Assembly: GCA_963705305.1 (NCBI GenBank)
Contig: OY970067.1
Location: forward strand, 5,408,001 to 5,472,000
DNA: 64,000 nt
Direction of reading: 5' to 3'
Source: an uncultured Methylomirabilota bacterium
GTDB taxonomy: Bacteria; Methylomirabilota; Methylomirabilia; Methylomirabilales; 2-02-FULL-66-22
Shown here one piece after another: positions 58,928 to 64,000 of this stretch. The translations under genes and the position numbers were made by a program. Positions within the stretch are counted from its first letter, which is position 1. Every line of letters begins with the position of its first letter. Below the pieces are notes generated by a model. The model worked only from the letters and a program-made list of their open reading frames with translations, was not told where the DNA came from and made no database searches.

Positions 58928-59401
58928 ATGGCTGATCACAGCACGTCTGAAGGTTCGTCGTCCCGGGTCCTGTTTGGGTGGATCGCCGGGTTCTTCGCCA
59001 CACTGATTTTCCACCAGTTGACGCTGGGGCTGTTGTGGGAGATGGGACTCGCTCCCTTCGCGCCGTACGGCATGGCCGCCAGCCACCCCTTCGGCGTTCC
59101 GGCGGTCCTCTCCCTGGCGTTCTGGGGCGGGGTCTGGGGCATTGTGTTCGCCCTGGTCGACGGGAAGTTCCCTCGCCATGCCGGCTACTGGGTGACGGCG
59201 TTTGTATTCGGCGCCATCTTTCCGTCGCTGGTGGCGCTGCTGGTGGTGGTGCCGCTCAAGGGCGGCCCGATCGGAGGGGGCTGGCACCTCTTCCTCTGGG
59301 CGAGGGCGTTTCTCATTAACGGCATGTGGGGCATCGGCACCGGGGTATTCCTGAGCCTGTTGAGAGGCTGGTTCGGCAAACTGCGCCCCGCAACTGCCTG
59401 A
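58928..59401 (+). CDS. Membrane hypothetical protein
   Basis: Four TM segments, GGAGG RBS, PFGVP..LS..FWGG.WG. Confidence 0.8.
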   Translation: MADHSTSEGSSSRVLFGWIAGFFATLIFHQLTLGLLWEMGLAPFAPYGMAASHPFGVPAVLSLAFWGGVWGIVFALVDGKFPRHAGYWVTAFVFGAIFPSLVALLVVVPLKGGPIGGGWHLFLWARAFLINGMWGIGTGVFLSLLRGWFGKLRPATA

Positions 59402-59694
59402 GCCGACGGAGCTGCCCGACGCCCGGCTGCACCATATTCCTTCCCCCTCGACGAAGCCTGCAGCCGTCCAAGCGGGCGGAGAGGGATGTGTCCGCGCACC
59501 ACCCGGGCTGCTCCTCCACACGGCAGAGTGGTGGCAATGAAGAAGGCGATTGTCGTCACGACCGGCGAATCGAACCGCCTGTTCCCCTGGAGGGCATTCT
59601 CGGGTATGATATGCCGAAATAGGGGGCACCGGGGTCGTAGGGCTGGGCGGCGGGATCGCCCGGTCCGGCCGCAGGTGCGCACTACCCAACGACA

Positions 59695-61818
59695 ATGGAC
59701 ACATTGCGCGCATACCTGCCACGCCTTCTCGACCGGCTCCAACCCACCGAGCGCGTAGTACTCCTCGGGACCTCGATGCTCGTCGGCGCGGGGACCGGCC
59801 TGGGTGCGGTCTTCTTCATCTATCTCATCAGCCTCATCCAGACCGGCTTTTTCGAGAAAGCCGCCGCTCCCTTCGGTTTCCTCGGCCATGGGCTGTTCAT
59901 TCTGGCGCCCGCCGTCGGCGGACTCCTGGCTGGCCCGATAATCGCCTACTACGCCAAGGAGGCCAAGGGACATGGCGTTCCGGAAGTCATGCAGGCGATG
60001 GCGCTGCGCGGCGGGCGGATTCGCCCTCGCGTCGTGCTTGCCAAGGTCGCCGCCTCCGCCCTGTGCATTGGCAGCGGGGGATCTGCCGGTCGCGAGGGTC
60101 CCATCGTACAGGTAGGCGCCGCCCTCGGCTCGACACTCGGCCAGTGGTTCGACCTCTCCGAAGCTCGCATCCAAAACCTGGTGGCCTGCGGCGCAGCCGC
60201 AGGTATCGCCGCCACCTTCAATGCCCCCATCGCCGGCACCCTCTTCGCCATGGAGATCATCCTGGGCGAACTGCGCCTGATGGACATGGGTACCGTGGTG
60301 GTCTCGGCAGTAAGCGGCTCCACCGTGGCACGCGCTTTTCTCGGCCAGCGGCCCGCCTTCTCCATCCCACGCTACACGGTCCTGAATGCCTGGGAGACCC
60401 TATTGTGCGCCCTCCTGGGGCTGCTCGCCGCCCTCGCCGCGATCGGCTTCATCCGCCTCCTGTATTGGTGCGAGGAACAATTCGACCATTGGCGGTTTCC
60501 CGAGGTGCTCAAACCCGGCATGGGGGGCCTGCTCCTTGGTCTGGTGGCCTACGCCTATCCCTATGTCCTCGGCTTGGGATTCGTGCCTGGCATCGACACC
60601 CGTCTCGGCCTCCCGATCTCCGCAAGCATCCCCCATGTCTTTGGGTCGGGGTTCCCCGTGATCGAGAACACCCTCCTGGGGAACTTTTCACTCGGCCTCC
60701 TCCTCGCTCTGATCGTCCTCAAACCCCTCGCGACCTCCCTCACGCTGGGCTCCGGAAATTCGGGCGGGGTGTTCGCGCCGGCTCTCTTCACCGGCGCCGT
60801 TCTCGGCAGCGCCTTCGGGAAGATGATTGGGCTGCTCCTGCCGGGGGTCACGGCCCAGCCGGGAGCTTTCGCCACGGTGGGCATGGCCGCGGTCTTCGCG
60901 GGGGCCGCCCACGCCCCATTCACCGCCATCCTGATCGTCCTGGAAATGACTGACGACTATGGCCTGATCCTCCAGCTGATGACGGGCGTCGTGGCGAGCT
61001 ACCTTGTTTCCGAGTATCTTCACCCCGAGTCCATTTACACGCTCAAGCTCACCCTTCGCGGCATTCGACTGGTCCGCGGGCGCGACGTGGACGCGATGGA
61101 CAGCGTGCGGGTCGAAGAGGTGATGGTTCGGGAGCCGCACACGGTCCCGGCGGACCTGCCCATCAAGTGCCTCGCGAGCGAATTCCTGGAAACGAGCCAG
61201 CACGGTTTCCCGGTCATTGACGTGGATGGGCGCCTTCTGGGGATGGTGTGTGTGGAGGACTACCGCCGCGCCCTGCTCAATGGCGGCCCCCCGACAACCG
61301 AGCTCCTCGTCCGCGATATCGCTTCGCGCGAGCTCGTGACCGCCTACCCCGATGAGACCGTGGGAACCGTCATGCGCCGGATGGCCCCCCGCGACCTCTC
61401 CCGGCTCCCGGTGGTGGAACGGACGAACCCCCATCGCCTCGTCGGGCTCGTACGCCGCAATGACATTGTCCGGGCCCATGACATCGCACTCACGCGGCGG
61501 GCGATTGCGGAACTCTCCCCGACCGAGGGTCGCCTCTGGGCGCGGGCCGCTACGAGCGTAGAGGAGATCCCGGTGGAGCTCGATTCCGCGGCTGCGGGCA
61601 AGCGGGTGGATGAGGTGCCATGGCCCCAGACCTCGGCCCTCGCCCTGATCCAGAGGCAGGGAGAGATGACGGTTCCTCAGGGCGACTCGACCATCGCGAC
61701 CGGGGACGTTCTCATCGTCGTCGGCGACCGCACAGGCTGCGATCAGATCCGTCGGCTCTGTGCCTCCGGGACAATCCGCAGGAACGGCGAAGAACTCCCA
61801 GGCAATAGGGACCGCTGA
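59695..61818 (+). CDS. ClC chloride/proton antiporter with CBS pair and TrkA-C domain
   Basis: GHGVPE, GGSAGREGP, GGVFAP, two CBS domains, C-terminal RCK-C. Confidence 0.92.
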   Translation: MDTLRAYLPRLLDRLQPTERVVLLGTSMLVGAGTGLGAVFFIYLISLIQTGFFEKAAAPFGFLGHGLFILAPAVGGLLAGPIIAYYAKEAKGHGVPEVMQAMALRGGRIRPRVVLAKVAASALCIGSGGSAGREGPIVQVGAALGSTLGQWFDLSEARIQNLVACGAAAGIAATFNAPIAGTLFAMEIILGELRLMDMGTVVVSAVSGSTVARAFLGQRPAFSIPRYTVLNAWETLLCALLGLLAALAAIGFIRLLYWCEEQFDHWRFPEVLKPGMGGLLLGLVAYAYPYVLGLGFVPGIDTRLGLPISASIPHVFGSGFPVIENTLLGNFSLGLLLALIVLKPLATSLTLGSGNSGGVFAPALFTGAVLGSAFGKMIGLLLPGVTAQPGAFATVGMAAVFAGAAHAPFTAILIVLEMTDDYGLILQLMTGVVASYLVSEYLHPESIYTLKLTLRGIRLVRGRDVDAMDSVRVEEVMVREPHTVPADLPIKCLASEFLETSQHGFPVIDVDGRLLGMVCVEDYRRALLNGGPPTTELLVRDIASRELVTAYPDETVGTVMRRMAPRDLSRLPVVERTNPHRLVGLVRRNDIVRAHDIALTRRAIAELSPTEGRLWARAATSVEEIPVELDSAAAGKRVDEVPWPQTSALALIQRQGEMTVPQGDSTIATGDVLIVVGDRTGCDQIRRLCASGTIRRNGEELPGNRDR

Positions 61819-62147
61819 CGATGTCTCCGCGGGCTCGCGCCCGCAGCGTGCCTGCTCCCCCTCCGTCTCTCTGCTGCCCGCCGGCGACGTGCGGCTCCCC
61901 TTTCCCGCACTGGGGAAGATAGGGTCGACAAATGGGGCCGCGGGAAAGAGGGGGCCAAGAATGGCCAGCCGGCAGGCACTGGACATTCGCCGCTGCGGGC
62001 GCGCGCTGAGCCATACGGTTCCGCAATTCCGGGTGGGCCGAAACCTCGCCTGGAGCGATTCGCCTTGGCTCGATACAATGCGAAAACCGCCGAATGCGGG
62101 CGATCGGAAGCGCGGATTTCTACCTATGGATGAAACGGGAGGCCGGG

Positions 62148-62591
62148 ATGACCCAGCAGGAGGCCAACCAGTGGATCGTTGAACAGGTCTACGCCGCCTT
62201 CGGACGGGGAGACCTGACGCGCATCGTGAACGCCATGGCGGGAGACGTTGAGTGGCGGTGTCCCCGGCTGAGGGATATGCCCTGGGGCGGCGAGCATCGC
62301 GGCCACGGGGGAGTTGCGGAGTTTCTCGAGGCGATCGCCGTGACTCTCACCGTCGAGCGGTTCACGCCGCTGGAGTTCCTGGCCGTGGATGACCGGGTGG
62401 TCGTCTTCGGTCGCGAGCGGATGCGCGTCCGGGCCACCGGCCGGGCGTACGAGGCCGACTGGGTCCACGTCTGGACGGTGCGGGACGGGAAGGTGACACA
62501 CTTCCGCGAGTACACCGACACCGCCGCAATCGTCGAGGCCGCACTGGCGCGGGAGCCGATCCGGGCGGCGGCGCCCCCGGAGGCTCCATGA
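62148..62591 (+). CDS. NTF2/SnoaL-like protein
   Basis: YAAF.RGD, DVEW, HVWTVRDGK...FREY.DT. Confidence 0.88.
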   Translation: MTQQEANQWIVEQVYAAFGRGDLTRIVNAMAGDVEWRCPRLRDMPWGGEHRGHGGVAEFLEAIAVTLTVERFTPLEFLAVDDRVVVFGRERMRVRATGRAYEADWVHVWTVRDGKVTHFREYTDTAAIVEAALAREPIRAAAPPEAP

Positions 62592-63271
62592 CCGCTCCCC
62601 GCGGCGGCGGCAGGAGGTTCCTCGACCTCAGCCATGCGATCGAGGCGGGGATGATCACCTACCCCGGCCTCCCCGGCCCGGTGATCGGCGACCATCTCAG
62701 CCGCGAGCAATCGCGCAGTCACTACGGGCCGGGGACGGAGTTTCATATCGGCAAGATCGACATGGTGGCGAACACCGGGACGTACATCGATGCCCCCTTC
62801 CACCGGTACGCCGACCGGCCCGACCTGTCCGGGTTCGCCCTCTCCGCTGTGGCCGATCTGGTAGGCCTCCTGGTCCGCGCTCCCTGGACCGCGGGGCGCG
62901 CCGTGGACCGGCCCGCCCTCGATGGGTGCGACCTGCAGGGAAAGGCCGTCCTAGTGCACACGGGCTGGGACGCGTTCTGGCGGACCGATCGCTACGCCGT
63001 CGGGCACCCGTACCTCACCCGGGGCGCCGCGCAACTTCTGGCGGAGGCCGGCGCCGGACTCGTCGGCATCGACTCGCTGAATATCGACGATACCACCGAC
63101 GCCTGGCGCCCGGCCCACACCATCCTGCTGGCCGCAGGCATCCCCATCGTCGAGCACCTCTGCAACCTGGCCGAGCTGCCGGATCGCGGCTTCCGGTTCT
63201 TCGCGGTGCCCCCCCGGGTGAAGGGCCTGGGATCCTTTCCGGTTCGCGCCTTCGCCATCACGGAGGCCTAG
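62588..63271 (+). CDS. Cyclase family (kynurenine formamidase-like) protein
   Basis: DLSH, NTGTYIDAPFH, VGIDS, H..LL...IPIVE.L. Confidence 0.9.
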   Translation: MTAPRGGGRRFLDLSHAIEAGMITYPGLPGPVIGDHLSREQSRSHYGPGTEFHIGKIDMVANTGTYIDAPFHRYADRPDLSGFALSAVADLVGLLVRAPWTAGRAVDRPALDGCDLQGKAVLVHTGWDAFWRTDRYAVGHPYLTRGAAQLLAEAGAGLVGIDSLNIDDTTDAWRPAHTILLAAGIPIVEHLCNLAELPDRGFRFFAVPPRVKGLGSFPVRAFAITEA

Positions 63272-64000
63272 ATGGGCGCGCCCGCGAAGAAGCCCGTCCC
63301 TTGCCCGGCGCGCCCGGATCCGCTCCTCCCGCGGGGGCGGCGGACGCTCCGGATCGCGTGCGGCGTGTGCCTGCTGCTCCTCGCCGGACCTCCACCCGCG
63401 CTCGCCGCGGACCGGGGGGCGGAGGTGGCCCGGGTGTACGATGGGGACACGGTGCTGCTCCAGGACGGCCGGCACGTCCGGTACCTGGGGATCAACGCCC
63501 CGGAATTCCAGGAGCCCTTCTACCGCAAGGCCAAGCAGTTCAACGAGGCGCTGGTCCTGTATCGGGAGGTCCGCCTCGAGACCGAACGCGAAGCGGTGGA
63601 CGCCTACGATCGCCTGCTGGCCTACGTGTTTGCCGACGATCGAATGGTCAACGCGGCTCTCCTCGAGCGCGGCTTGGCCCACGCGTTCTTCATCGGCCCG
63701 AGGCGCGCGTACGATCAGCTCTTCCTCCGGCTCCAGGCCGAGGCCAAGCGGCGCCGCGTGGGCATGTGGTCGGTCCGGGGGTGGGCCAAGGATTCTCAAG
63801 ATCACCGGCGTCCGCCTCCCCGACCGCGAGCGCCCGGATCTCCACGCGCCCCACGTTCGCATCGCGAATCTCGCGGACGCAACTGTGCGCCTGGACGGGT
63901 ACACGCTCGCCAGCGAGGACGGCCGGCGCTACCGTTTCCCCGATGTGAGCCTCCCCCCGGGCTACACGGTGATCGTGGCCAGCACCCCCGGCCCCGACGG
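63272..64000 (+). CDS. Thermonuclease (SNase) plus lamin-tail domain protein; 1-bp frameshift at ~63794; runs off the window
   Basis: VYDGDT, VRYLGINAPE, D.Y.RLLAYV, G.W. Removing one T gives DLKITGV...VRIANL...LDGYTL...YRFP...LPPG (LTD-like). Confidence 0.8.
   Translation, partial: MGAPAKKPVPCPARPDPLLPRGRRTLRIACGVCLLLLAGPPPALAADRGAEVARVYDGDTVLLQDGRHVRYLGINAPEFQEPFYRKAKQFNEALVLYREVRLETEREAVDAYDRLLAYVFADDRMVNAALLERGLAHAFFIGPRRAYDQLFLRLQAEAKRRRVGMWSVRGWAKDSQDHRRPPPRPRAPGSPRAPRSHRESRGRNCAPGRVHARQRGRPALPFPRCEPPPGLHGDRGQHPRPRR

Noticed and set aside
1..64000. CRISPR array, tRNA or rRNA genes
   Set aside because: I saw no regularly spaced repeat-spacer series, cloverleaf with T/D-loop consensus, or rRNA-like segment.

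Overview
GC-rich bacterial chromosomal window; gene content is suggestive of Methylomirabilota/NC10-like or deltaproteobacterial-like organisms, which I cannot confirm. 1-42 kb is mostly housekeeping: a xanthine dehydrogenase-family Mo subunit, aroF with an aromatic amino acid attenuator, thiMEL, dapF, ampG/nagZ/anmK peptidoglycan recycling, type IV minor pilins, an HD-GYP protein and a probable SOS operon. 42-64 kb is an accessory region built on a decayed integron (intI C-terminal remnant, candidate attI, several attC sites) with many small cassette-like genes. Main observations: (1) three divergent HUH/Y1 (RAYT-like) transposases, each bracketed by its own terminal inverted repeat with a shared TA-N-GGGACG end and, in two of them, an element-specific tandem 9-mer; (2) two copies of an unrecognised ~205-nt structured element with covarying stems and a variable 34-35-nt loop; (3) two genes with an in-frame UGA at a conserved Cys position followed by SECIS-like hairpins (MerB-like and CTP-synthase GATase-like selenoproteins); (4) a 413-bp duplication enclosing one transposase plus cassettes; (5) two frameshifts with the same GATCTC>GATTCTC signature, probably methylation-linked sequencing errors. 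Family assignments come from motif recognition, not database searches.
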